A DNA stretch of 64,000 nt, from contig CAYZKY010000002.1 in the NCBI GenBank assembly GCA_964478815.1, positions 1,980 to 65,979 of the forward strand, read 5' to 3'. The DNA is from an uncultured Verrucomicrobiota bacterium (lineage in GTDB: Bacteria; Verrucomicrobiota; Verrucomicrobiia; Limisphaerales; SXQI01). Shown here piece by piece: positions 1 to 8,361 of the stretch. The notes below the pieces were generated by a model. That model was not told where the DNA came from. It searched no databases and saw only the letters and a program-made list of their open reading frames with translations. The position numbers were made by a program, and so were the translations under genes. Each line of letters starts with the position of its first letter. The first letter of the stretch is position 1.

Positions 1-1
1 G

Positions 2-244
2 CAGTTCGAAATCCCGGCCGGGGTTCGAGGCGCGGTCGTGGTCGAAGTCGATCCGAATTCACCCCCGGCCGAGGCCGGCCTGCGTCCGGGCGATGTGATC
101 CAGGAGATCGATCGCCAGCCGGTCAAGAACGCCGAAGAAGCCGTCGCCATGAGCGACCTGAAAGGCGCGAAATCGGTCCTGCTCCGCGTCTGGAGCCGGG
201 GCGGCAGCCGCTTCGTGATCGTGAAAGACCAAAAACTTGGGTAA
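2..244 (+). CDS. C-terminal fragment of an HtrA/DegP-type serine protease (PDZ domain); the 5' end lies outside the window
   Basis: The frame is open from the window edge. The translation QFEIPAGVRGAVVVEVDPNSPPAEAGLRPGDVIQEIDRQPVKNAEEA reads like an HtrA PDZ domain. Stop at 242-244. Confidence 0.6.
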   Translation, partial: QFEIPAGVRGAVVVEVDPNSPPAEAGLRPGDVIQEIDRQPVKNAEEAVAMSDLKGAKSVLLRVWSRGGSRFVIVKDQKLG

Positions 245-377
245 ACACGGGTTGGGCAGCGAGCCACCCGCGCTTGGGCGCGCGGGTGGCTCTTGTCTTG
301 TCCACCCGGCCGGGCGCGCCGGCTTGTGCCGCACCGGACAAGTTGCTTCACTCGGGCGCTGGCCGAACGAGGCCACG

Positions 378-854
378 ATGCTTATGCCCGCGATCCAAGG
401 TTACCATCTCATCAAGCCGGAAGACCTCTTCTGGCGGCCCTCCAATTTGATGCGCATCCCCAACGCCGATTACCTCGAGCGCACGGGCAGCGATAACATC
501 GGCGCGCGGCTCTGGCGGCTGCCTCCGAAAAGCGCCAACACGCTGCACAAGCACCTCCGCGCCGAGGAGTTTTACTTCGTCCTCGAAGGCACTGGCCGCC
601 TGCGCGTGGGGGACGAGACCTTGACGGTGCCGAAATACGGCGGCGTGCTGGTGGGGCCCGATCAGTTGCGGCAAGTGTTCAACGATACCGACACCGAGGT
701 GCTCTGGTTGATCCTTGGCGCGCCGGAGGAACTCGAACTCCTCCCGACCGCTAAGACCAAGCCCGATCTGTCGCTCATCTATCCCGTCGACCCGAAGCAA
801 CTGCCCAGGGAACTGGCCGGAGCGGAGTGGCCCCCCAAAGCGGACGATGCTTGA
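378..854 (+). CDS. Cupin-domain protein
   Basis: Cupin motifs are present: HKHLRAEEFYFVLEGTGRLRVGDE...VPKYGGVLVGPDQLRQVFN. The ATG at 378 (MLMPAIQGYH) is preferred over the upstream start listed at 237, whose N-terminus is low-complexity G/R/A. Confidence 0.6.
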   Translation: MLMPAIQGYHLIKPEDLFWRPSNLMRIPNADYLERTGSDNIGARLWRLPPKSANTLHKHLRAEEFYFVLEGTGRLRVGDETLTVPKYGGVLVGPDQLRQVFNDTDTEVLWLILGAPEELELLPTAKTKPDLSLIYPVDPKQLPRELAGAEWPPKADDA

Positions 855-933
855 CTCGAAGCGCAGGGCGCTGGCGGCATCGAGCTCGGTGGAGCAGCTT
901 GCCGCGCGCCGCAGAGGAGACTAGCGTGACGTC

Positions 934-2355
934 ATGCAGCGTCGAGGTTCAAGAGCGGGGATCTGGGTCGCCTGTCTGTTGGCGTGGTGCGTCGTGTGGG
1001 AGTCGGCGGCGGCGCTGGTCTACGTCGTCCCGGTGCGGGAGGATATCATGCCGCCGGTGACGTTCCTGATGCGCCGGGCCGTCAAGGAAGCCATGGAAGC
1101 GAAGGCCGACTGGCTCATCCTGGACATGGAAACAAACGGAGGCCGCGTCGACGTCACCGAGGAGATCATCCAGATTCTCAACCAGTTCAAAGGCCAAACC
1201 GCCACGTTCATCAATCGCAAGGCCTTTTCCGCCGGCGCTTTCATCGCGGTCTCGACCCAGAAGATTTACATGGCGCCGCAGAGCGTGGTCGGCGCGGCGG
1301 CGCCGATTATGATGGCCCCCGGCGGCGGGGCGGAACAAATGCCGGAAAGCACCGAGGCCAAGATCACCTCGGCCATTCGCGCGCTGGTGCGGACGAGCGC
1401 GGAGAAGAACGGGCATAATTACGCCGTGGTGGAGGCGATGATCGATCGCAGCCGGGAGCTGGTGATCGACGGCGAGGTGCTCAATGAAAAAGGCCAGATT
1501 CTGGCTCTGACGAATGTTCAGGCCGAGAAGAAATACGGGGAGCCGGCCAAGCCGCTCTTCTCGCTCGGAACGGTCGAGAACATCCAGGAGTTGATCCAGC
1601 GGCTGGGCGTGGAGGAACCCAAAGTGGTGCAGGTTCAGCCGACCGGGGCCGAACGGGTTGCCTCATTTCTGACCGAAATCGGCCCGTTGTTGCTGCTGGT
1701 CGGAATTATCGGGATTTACATCGAGATGAAGACGCCGGGATTCGGCCTGCCCGGAATGCTCGGATTGGTCGGTTTCGCCCTGTATTTTCTGGGAGGCTAC
1801 ATCGCCGGGCTTTCGGGGCTGGAATGGCTGGTGGTTTTCGTCCTGGGCCTGGCGCTCCTGCTCCTCGAGATTTTCGTTTTTCCCGGAACCCTGCTCGTCG
1901 GGCTCGCGGGCGGCGCGCTGATGCTCGTGGCCCTGGTGATGGCCATGGTCGATGTCTACCCAGGCGCGCCGACGCTGCCCAGCTTCAGCCAGGTGCAAGC
2001 GCCGCTCTTCGACGTCTTCCTGGCTTCGACCGCCGCGCTTGTCATTATTGCCCTGCTCAGCCGATTTCTGCTCAAGGCTCCGCTGTTCAATCGACTGGTC
2101 GCCACCGGCGTCAGCGGAGTGGAATCGGTGGCGCGCACCGCCGAAGCCCAACAGGGGCGGCTCGGCCGCGTCGGTGTGGCGCTTTCCCAGCTCCGCCCTG
2201 GCGGCAAGGCCGAGTTCGACGGCGAACCGATCGACGTAATGACGCAAGGCGAGCTGATCCAGCGCGGCACACGGGTGCGCATCATCGGCTTCAGCGGCCA
2301 CGAAGCGGTGGTCGAACCGCTCCCGAACACGCCGGGCGGCTCCGCTCAGGGATAA
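934..2355 (+). CDS. NfeD-family membrane-bound ClpP-class serine protease
   Basis: It has an N-terminal signal-like helix and a ClpP/S49-like core (LILDMETNGGRVD, FSAGAFIAVSTQKIYMAP). A block of hydrophobic helices follows. The C-terminal NfeD OB-fold reads GRVGVALSQLRPGGKAEFDGEPIDVMTQGELIQRGTRVRIIG. Confidence 0.7.
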   Translation: MQRRGSRAGIWVACLLAWCVVWESAAALVYVVPVREDIMPPVTFLMRRAVKEAMEAKADWLILDMETNGGRVDVTEEIIQILNQFKGQTATFINRKAFSAGAFIAVSTQKIYMAPQSVVGAAAPIMMAPGGGAEQMPESTEAKITSAIRALVRTSAEKNGHNYAVVEAMIDRSRELVIDGEVLNEKGQILALTNVQAEKKYGEPAKPLFSLGTVENIQELIQRLGVEEPKVVQVQPTGAERVASFLTEIGPLLLLVGIIGIYIEMKTPGFGLPGMLGLVGFALYFLGGYIAGLSGLEWLVVFVLGLALLLLEIFVFPGTLLVGLAGGALMLVALVMAMVDVYPGAPTLPSFSQVQAPLFDVFLASTAALVIIALLSRFLLKAPLFNRLVATGVSGVESVARTAEAQQGRLGRVGVALSQLRPGGKAEFDGEPIDVMTQGELIQRGTRVRIIGFSGHEAVVEPLPNTPGGSAQG

Positions 2356-2381
2356 GCGGCTCAGGAAACACTCAGGCCGCC

Positions 2382-3995
2382 TCAATTCGGGGCGAAAATC
2401 TGGATGAGATTGCCGCAGGTGTCCTTGAAGACCGCGATCAAGGCCGGGCCGGTATTCGTCGGTGCGGTCGTGAACTCGACCCCCAGCGCCCGCAGCCGAT
2501 CGCATGTGGCTTTCAGATTATCCACGCCGAACGCCGTGAGCGGCAGGCCCGCTTCCGCCAACGCTTTCTGATAGATTTCGGCGGGGGCGAAACCCATCGG
2601 TTCGAGCAACAATTCCGGGCCGTTCTGATCCTCCGGCGAGACGACCGTCAGCCAGCGCGCGCCACCCGCCGGCACATCGATCTTGCGCAAGAATCCCAGA
2701 ATGCCGGTGTAGAAGCGGAGGGCCTTCTCCTGATCGTCCACCATCACGCTGGCCAGCCGGATGCGGGGCGCCAGGGAGGGGGCCGCTTTCTCCAGGCCGG
2801 GCACCTGCACGAGCTGGATGCGGTTGCCGCAGGTGTCTTCCAGCACCGCCATCGTGGTGGGGCCCATGGCGGTGGGCGGCGTGGAGAATTTCGCGCCGCG
2901 CTGAGTCAATTGCTGAAAGGTGGCGCGCACGTCGTCCACCTGAAAGGCTGTCGCGGGAATCCCCGCCTCGAACAGCGCCTTCTGGTAGACCCGCGCCGGA
3001 GGGAAGCCCATCGGTTCGAGAACCAGCTCGGCGCCTTCCGGCTCTTCCGGCGAGACGACCGTCAGCCAGCGATGCTCGCCGACGGGAAAATCGCGCTTTT
3101 TCACGAAACCGAGCACCTCGGTGTAGAACCGCAAGGCTTTGGCCTGGTCGTCGACCATGACGCTATTGAGTTTGATCTTCATGATGGGTGTATTCGGTGT
3201 ATTTGGGGAAATCGCGGCTGAATTGCCGGTCCCGCCAGGCCGGAGGAGCAAGGTCCATCCGCCGGAAAGGAGGAGTGCGGCAGCGAGGGCAATTTTCATC
3301 TGGGTCGATGCGGTTAAGTTTAACAGCGTGAAGCCGAGCGAAGCGGCCGGCGCTTGTTGCATGGCGAGTGCGGCGAGCGTGGCAGGCAGAGCCGCGGGCG
3401 CCGCCGCCGCCGGCAATTGCGCCAAACCGGCGGCAATGGCGGCGGCCGTCATCGGCACGCCGCGCCGCAGCAAGAGGCCGCGCATCTTCTCCAAGGCACG
3501 AGTCACCCGTTTTTTCGCGGCGTCCTCGGAAACGCCGAGCGCCCCCGCGACATCCCGCAGGCTCATCTGCTTGAGGAAACGCAACACGATGGCATCGCGG
3601 TCCGGCTCCCGCAGTTCGGCCAGGGCGGCGTCGACCTGGGGCAGGGCGTGTTCGGGAAAAACTGGTTCGCCGTCCGAGGGTTCGTTCATGCGCGCAGCCT
3701 CCGATTCGCGGTCTTTGCGGCGGGTCTCGGCCCGTTGCAGGTTCAAGGCGGCGAAGTGCGCGGCACGATGCAGCCAGCCGGCCACGATGGCACCCGGCCG
3801 GAGCTGACGGGCCCGGCCGGCTAGGGCGATGAAGGCCGCCTGGGTGGCTTCCTGCGCCAGATGCGGATTCCGGAGCTGCCGCAGCGCCGCGGAATAGACC
3901 AAGTCCACATGCCGCTGGACCAGCTCCCGGAAGGCTTCTTCCGAGCGATGGCTCACATACTGGACGAGCAGCTCGCGGTCGCTCAATGCTTTCAT
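2382..3995 (-). CDS. ECF-type sigma-70 factor fused to a transmembrane segment and two tandem VOC (glyoxalase/bleomycin-resistance) domains
   Basis: Sigma region 2 reads FRELVQRHVDLVYSAALRQL and region 4 reads DRDAIVLRFLKQMSLRDVAGALGVSEDAAKKRVTRALEKMR. An Ala-rich linker and a hydrophobic helix (MKIALAAALLLSGGWTLLL) follow. Two VOC-like modules of about 125 aa then follow (SVMVDDQAKALRFYTEVLGF... and SVMVDDQEKALRFYTGILGF...). The ATG at 3995 (MKALSDREL) is preferred to the GTG at 4049. Confidence 0.7.
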   Translation of the reverse strand: MKALSDRELLVQYVSHRSEEAFRELVQRHVDLVYSAALRQLRNPHLAQEATQAAFIALAGRARQLRPGAIVAGWLHRAAHFAALNLQRAETRRKDRESEAARMNEPSDGEPVFPEHALPQVDAALAELREPDRDAIVLRFLKQMSLRDVAGALGVSEDAAKKRVTRALEKMRGLLLRRGVPMTAAAIAAGLAQLPAAAAPAALPATLAALAMQQAPAASLGFTLLNLTASTQMKIALAAALLLSGGWTLLLRPGGTGNSAAISPNTPNTPIMKIKLNSVMVDDQAKALRFYTEVLGFVKKRDFPVGEHRWLTVVSPEEPEGAELVLEPMGFPPARVYQKALFEAGIPATAFQVDDVRATFQQLTQRGAKFSTPPTAMGPTTMAVLEDTCGNRIQLVQVPGLEKAAPSLAPRIRLASVMVDDQEKALRFYTGILGFLRKIDVPAGGARWLTVVSPEDQNGPELLLEPMGFAPAEIYQKALAEAGLPLTAFGVDNLKATCDRLRALGVEFTTAPTNTGPALIAVFKDTCGNLIQIFAPN

Positions 3996-4090
3996 TCTAT
4001 CCGCAAGTAATACCCGCCCGCGGCCATAGGGGACAAAAATTCGCCGCACCGGAGCGGCCAGGGCCGGTTCGAATGAAATGCCCGAACGGT

Positions 4091-5857
4091 TCAGCTCCGG
4101 GCCGGCTGGCTGCGTTTGCGGCGGAGCACCTGCTGAAGTTTGGCGAAGGGCAGGGTGTTGATGACCTCCTGGGCGGAGAGCCAGCCTTTGCGGGCGATGC
4201 CGGCTCCGAGGCGGAGAAATCCCGCGTGCTCGTTCCGGTGCGCGTCGCAGTTAATGACGCACTTCACGCCCTTGCTCTTCGCATGAGCCCAGAGCCGCCA
4301 ATCCATGTCGAAGCGATACGGATTGGCGTTCAGCTCGATCCAGGTGCCGTTGGCGGCGCAGGCGTCGATCACGGCATGCTGGTCGACTTTCGAGGCGTCG
4401 CGTTCGAGGAGCAGACGGCCGGTCAGATGGCCCAGGATCTGCACGTTCGGATTCTCCACGGCGCGGATCAGCCGGCGGGTCATTTCGGGCTCGGGCTGGT
4501 TCAGGCTCTGGTGGACGCTGGCGACGACCACATCGAGTTCGGCCAGCAGATCGTCCTCGAAATCGAGCGTGCCATCGATGCGAATATCCACTTCGCTGCC
4601 GGAGAGCAGATGAAAATCGCTGCCGCGCGCCGCGAGCCGGGCATTGACGGCGCGCACTTCCTCGATCTGAGCGCGAAGGCGTTCCGGCGTGAGGCCGCGT
4701 GCCTGGAACGAGGACTGGGAATGATCGGTGATGGCCCAATACTCGAGGCCGAGGCCTTCCATGAAATCGGCGATTTCCTCAATGGTGCCGCGGCCGTCGC
4801 TCCAGTTCGAGTGATTATGCAGCGAGCCTCGCAGCTCCGTCCATTCGAGCAGGCGCGGCAGGCGTCCTGCTTCGGCGGCGGCGAATTCTCCCTGATCCTC
4901 GCGGAGTTCCGGCGGGATATATTCGAGCCCCAGTTGTTGAAAGAGTTCTTCCTCCGTGCGGCAAAGCACGAGCAGCGCCGGGTCGCGCGTTTCTTCCTTG
5001 GAACGAAACAAGCCGTATTCATTCAGGCGCAAGCCGCGCTGGATGGCGCGCTGGCGCATGACGATGTTGTGTTCCTTGCTCCCGGTGAAATAAGCGAGGG
5101 CGAACGGGTACTCCGCATCGGAAACCGCCCGGAGGTCGGCCTGCAAGCCGCCTTCGAGAATGATGCTCGCCTTCGTCTCGCCCCGGGCGCTGACGCTGAG
5201 AAGCCCGGGCACGCGGGTAAACAGTTCGATGATATCGGCGGGGTGCTTGGTCGACGCGACGAAATCGATGTCGCCGATCACTTCCTTCGAGCGGCGCAGG
5301 CTCCCGGCGGTGCTGCATCGGATGACTTCATCGTGCCCGCGCAGGCGCTCGAGGATGGGCTCCGCCGCCGTAAGCGCCGTGCTCAGGTGATGGCGGCTGG
5401 CGAACTGCGCCCGAAAGGCGATCCCTTCGAGAATCTTCGTTTGGGTCTTCTCCCCGAAACCGTCCAACTGCGCCACGCGCCCCTCGTGGCAGGCCTTTTC
5501 CAGATCGCTCACGCTGGCCACGCCGAGCTTTTCGTAGAGGGCTTTGACCTTCTTGGGGCCGACGCCCGGAATCTGCATCAGTTCCATGAGCCCGGGCGGA
5601 AAAGAGGCTTTCAGCTTCTCGTAATATTCGAGCCGGCCGGTGGTGACCAATTCGGTGATCTTTTGCTGAAGCGCATCGCCGACACCTTTGATCGAACCGA
5701 GCCGTTGCTCCGCGACGATCTTTTCGAGCGGTTCGCTCAAGCCCTCGAGGCTGCGCGCCGCGGCAGAGTAGGCGCGGGTCTTGAAGGGATTCTCCCCCTT
5801 GAGTTCGAGCAGCACTCCGATCTCGACGAGAATTTCGGCGACTTGATCGCGATCCAT
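4091..5857 (-). CDS. polX: DNA polymerase/3'-5' exonuclease PolX (family X polymerase core plus PHP domain)
   Basis: MDRDQVAEILVEIGVLLELKGENPFKTRAYSAAARSL is a typical PolX N-terminus. HhH motifs are present (IKGVGDALQQKI, IPGVGPKKVKALYEKLG). The C-terminal PHP histidines read GSLHNHSNWSDG and INCDAHR. The start was set at the internal ATG (offset 38 codons in the listed ORF). Confidence 0.85.
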   Translation of the reverse strand: MDRDQVAEILVEIGVLLELKGENPFKTRAYSAAARSLEGLSEPLEKIVAEQRLGSIKGVGDALQQKITELVTTGRLEYYEKLKASFPPGLMELMQIPGVGPKKVKALYEKLGVASVSDLEKACHEGRVAQLDGFGEKTQTKILEGIAFRAQFASRHHLSTALTAAEPILERLRGHDEVIRCSTAGSLRRSKEVIGDIDFVASTKHPADIIELFTRVPGLLSVSARGETKASIILEGGLQADLRAVSDAEYPFALAYFTGSKEHNIVMRQRAIQRGLRLNEYGLFRSKEETRDPALLVLCRTEEELFQQLGLEYIPPELREDQGEFAAAEAGRLPRLLEWTELRGSLHNHSNWSDGRGTIEEIADFMEGLGLEYWAITDHSQSSFQARGLTPERLRAQIEEVRAVNARLAARGSDFHLLSGSEVDIRIDGTLDFEDDLLAELDVVVASVHQSLNQPEPEMTRRLIRAVENPNVQILGHLTGRLLLERDASKVDQHAVIDACAANGTWIELNANPYRFDMDWRLWAHAKSKGVKCVINCDAHRNEHAGFLRLGAGIARKGWLSAQEVINTLPFAKLQQVLRRKRSQPARS

Positions 5858-6016
5858 GGCGGGAGAGCTTACGCGGGAAGGCCGCCGGGGGAAATACGCA
5901 ACACGCCGGCGGGGAGCAACCCAGAAAAGGGGGGCGGTGGCGAAGGAGCGATGACCGCCACGTCCGATCACACCCCACGCCGGTCCGGCGAATCGGGCAG
6001 GACGGGGCGAAAAATC

Positions 6017-8221
6017 ATGCTAGATTTCTCGCCGATGCAAACTTCGATGACGAAGGGCGCGAGTGGCCCGGGCACTCGTTCACGCCCCTGGCTGGCCGCG
6101 GCAGCGGGAAGATGGATGGCAGGGGCTTTGGTGGTCGTGCTTGGTTTGATTCAGGGCGCGCTCGGGCAATCTGTTCCAAAACTGGTTTCCGTGACACCCG
6201 CTGAAGGCGCGACCAACGCGAGCCCCAGAGGAGCTTTGGTGTTCGAATTCGATCAGGCCATGACGGCCAGTCCGTTGCAGTTCACCATTCAGGGCGTCGT
6301 CAGGGGCAATTATGAGTTCAGCCCGGCGCACCTGATTAATTCCTTCACCGGAAGCTGGAGCGCGGACCGCCGGACCCTAACCTTTCAGCCATCCCTTTCT
6401 ATTGCGCTCAAGACGGTGATTACCTGGACCTTGAATCCGGCCGGGGCCACCACGCCGTTGCGGAGCGTGCTCGGCCAGTTCCTTGAAACGACGACGGGCA
6501 GTTATTCCATCGCGCCCGATTCCGGAGGCAGCCCTTTGGAGACTTGCGTGCCCGTCACCCCGGCGCCTGGGGTGTATACCATCAGCAAGTTCCTGCAATC
6601 CTATCAGACAGGTCCGAATGTCGTGGATCCGTTGCCGGCCAATCCAGCCGTCCTGGCGATTTCCGTGCAAGGCCCGGCAGGAGGGCCGGCCGTCACCGGC
6701 GGCGGGCTGACCTTGCCCGATGGCTCGGCGAAACCGCTGCTGTTGCAGGTGGGGGCATACCGGCGCACCGAGCCCTTTGCCAACGAAGCCGCTCTCCAGG
6801 CTGCTTACCCGCCCGGCGCCTACACCCTGCGTTTCACCCGGACGGGAGAACCCGAGCAGGTGATTCCGCTCACCATGCCGGCCATGCCCACCGTGACGCC
6901 GAAGGTCTTGAACTTCGCCGAGGCCCAAGCCATCGATGCCAGCAAAGATTTTACGGTGCGCTGGGAAGCGTTCTCTCCGCAACCGGCCGGAGCCTTCGTG
7001 CGTCTGGTTATTTCGGACGAGTTTGCCAACCGCATATTTCTCGCGCCCAATGCCTGCGTTCCCCGGACGCTCGACCCGGCCGCGACCTCGATCGTCATTC
7101 CCGCGAATTACCTCCGGCCCGGCTTCAATTACACCGCGCAGCTCATCTTCGGCCTGAATTACTACAGCTCGACCACGGACGTCCCGCAAATGTCTGGCAA
7201 CGCCTTTGTGCAACGCATCACCACGCTGACGATCAAGACAGCGAACGATCCGGGCGCCCCGCCATTGGAAACCTGCGATCCGCCGATTCAGACGCGTGGT
7301 TATTACACCCTCGCCAAAACATTGTCCCACCGGCAACTCACCGCCGGAGAAGTGCTCCCGGGAGATGGGAATCCCGGCGTCTTCACCGCCTCGGTGCAAG
7401 GGCCTCCCACCGGCCCCGCCGTGACGGACGCTTCGCTTACCCTGCCCGGCGGCGCGCCGCGGAGCCTGACCTCGCAGGCCAGCGTCCTCTCGCTGGTCGG
7501 CGCGCATCCCACGGAACTCGCGCTCGAAGAAGCCTTTCCTATCGGGGGCTACACGCTGCGATTCAACCAGACCGGGCAGCCGGAACGAGTCGTCGCCATG
7601 GACATCCCCGCCGCGCCCTCCACCGTCCCGATGATTCTCAATTTCGCCGAAGCCCAAACGATCGATCCGGCCAGCGAGTTCACGCTGCGCTGGAATGCCT
7701 TTGAACCGGCGGGCCCGGGCGCATTCATCCGCATCGTCATCAGCGACGAACGCGGCAAACTAATCTTCATGGCTCCGAACATTTGCATCCCGCGCACGAT
7801 CGAGGCTTCGGCCACGTCGGTCGCGATTCCCGCCGATTATTTCAGTGAAGGCGTCAGCTACTACGGGTTGCTGGTCTTCGGATTCGAATTCTACAATTCG
7901 GACTCTGCGGTCCCGCAAATGAACGGGTACGGTCTCGTGCAACGCAGCACCTCGTTCATGCTGCGGGCGGGCGGATCGGACCCTGTTCCAGGGGCTCCGG
8001 CCAACTTCTCGAGCTACCGGCTGTTATCGAACGGCCATCCGGAATTCCGCCTGTCCGGCACGGCGGGCCGCGCCTACCAGGTGCAGCGCGCGGGCGCACT
8101 GGGCACACCGGGTTGGACCGATCTCGCCCCCGTCACCTTGGATGCCTCCGGCTCCGCGGTCTTCGAGGACGCCGATGTCACTTTAAAGTTCCCCGCTTTT
8201 TACCGGGCTGTTTCTAATTAG
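6017..8221 (+). CDS. Secreted repeat protein of unknown function (Ig-like N-terminal domain plus two homologous modules of about 243 aa)
   Basis: Only the 3' 2.2 kb of the listed 1411-aa ORF is credible, because upstream it is antisense to polX. It has a signal-like helix MAGALVVVLGLIQGALG and a Big_5/SbsA-like stretch KLVSVTPAEGATNASP. Two internally homologous modules each contain PLETC...LNFAEAQ.ID....F..RW.AF.P......F.R.VISDE. The start is uncertain (6017, 6035 or 6047). Confidence 0.6.
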   Translation: MLDFSPMQTSMTKGASGPGTRSRPWLAAAAGRWMAGALVVVLGLIQGALGQSVPKLVSVTPAEGATNASPRGALVFEFDQAMTASPLQFTIQGVVRGNYEFSPAHLINSFTGSWSADRRTLTFQPSLSIALKTVITWTLNPAGATTPLRSVLGQFLETTTGSYSIAPDSGGSPLETCVPVTPAPGVYTISKFLQSYQTGPNVVDPLPANPAVLAISVQGPAGGPAVTGGGLTLPDGSAKPLLLQVGAYRRTEPFANEAALQAAYPPGAYTLRFTRTGEPEQVIPLTMPAMPTVTPKVLNFAEAQAIDASKDFTVRWEAFSPQPAGAFVRLVISDEFANRIFLAPNACVPRTLDPAATSIVIPANYLRPGFNYTAQLIFGLNYYSSTTDVPQMSGNAFVQRITTLTIKTANDPGAPPLETCDPPIQTRGYYTLAKTLSHRQLTAGEVLPGDGNPGVFTASVQGPPTGPAVTDASLTLPGGAPRSLTSQASVLSLVGAHPTELALEEAFPIGGYTLRFNQTGQPERVVAMDIPAAPSTVPMILNFAEAQTIDPASEFTLRWNAFEPAGPGAFIRIVISDERGKLIFMAPNICIPRTIEASATSVAIPADYFSEGVSYYGLLVFGFEFYNSDSAVPQMNGYGLVQRSTSFMLRAGGSDPVPGAPANFSSYRLLSNGHPEFRLSGTAGRAYQVQRAGALGTPGWTDLAPVTLDASGSAVFEDADVTLKFPAFYRAVSN

Positions 8222-8361
8222 CGCTGCACTGTGGTGTAGGAGATGCGTGGGCCGCATTTCGGGATTGTCTCCCGAGAAGCCGGGCTCATGATGATGCCAT
8301 TCAACCGCGGAACACGTTCGGGCGCCCGGCGTGCCGCCGCGTTGGTCAAGAACGGAGAATT

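Noticed and set aside
1824-3221. A 465-aa plus-strand ORF
   Set aside because: It overlaps the 3' end of the NfeD gene out of frame and is antisense to the ECF-VOC gene. Its composition is Arg/Gly/Pro-rich.
3986-6016. The N-terminal 677 codons of the listed 1411-aa plus-strand ORF
   Set aside because: This part is antisense to polX and low in complexity. A signal peptide and recognisable domains begin only near 6017-6100, so the gene was trimmed.
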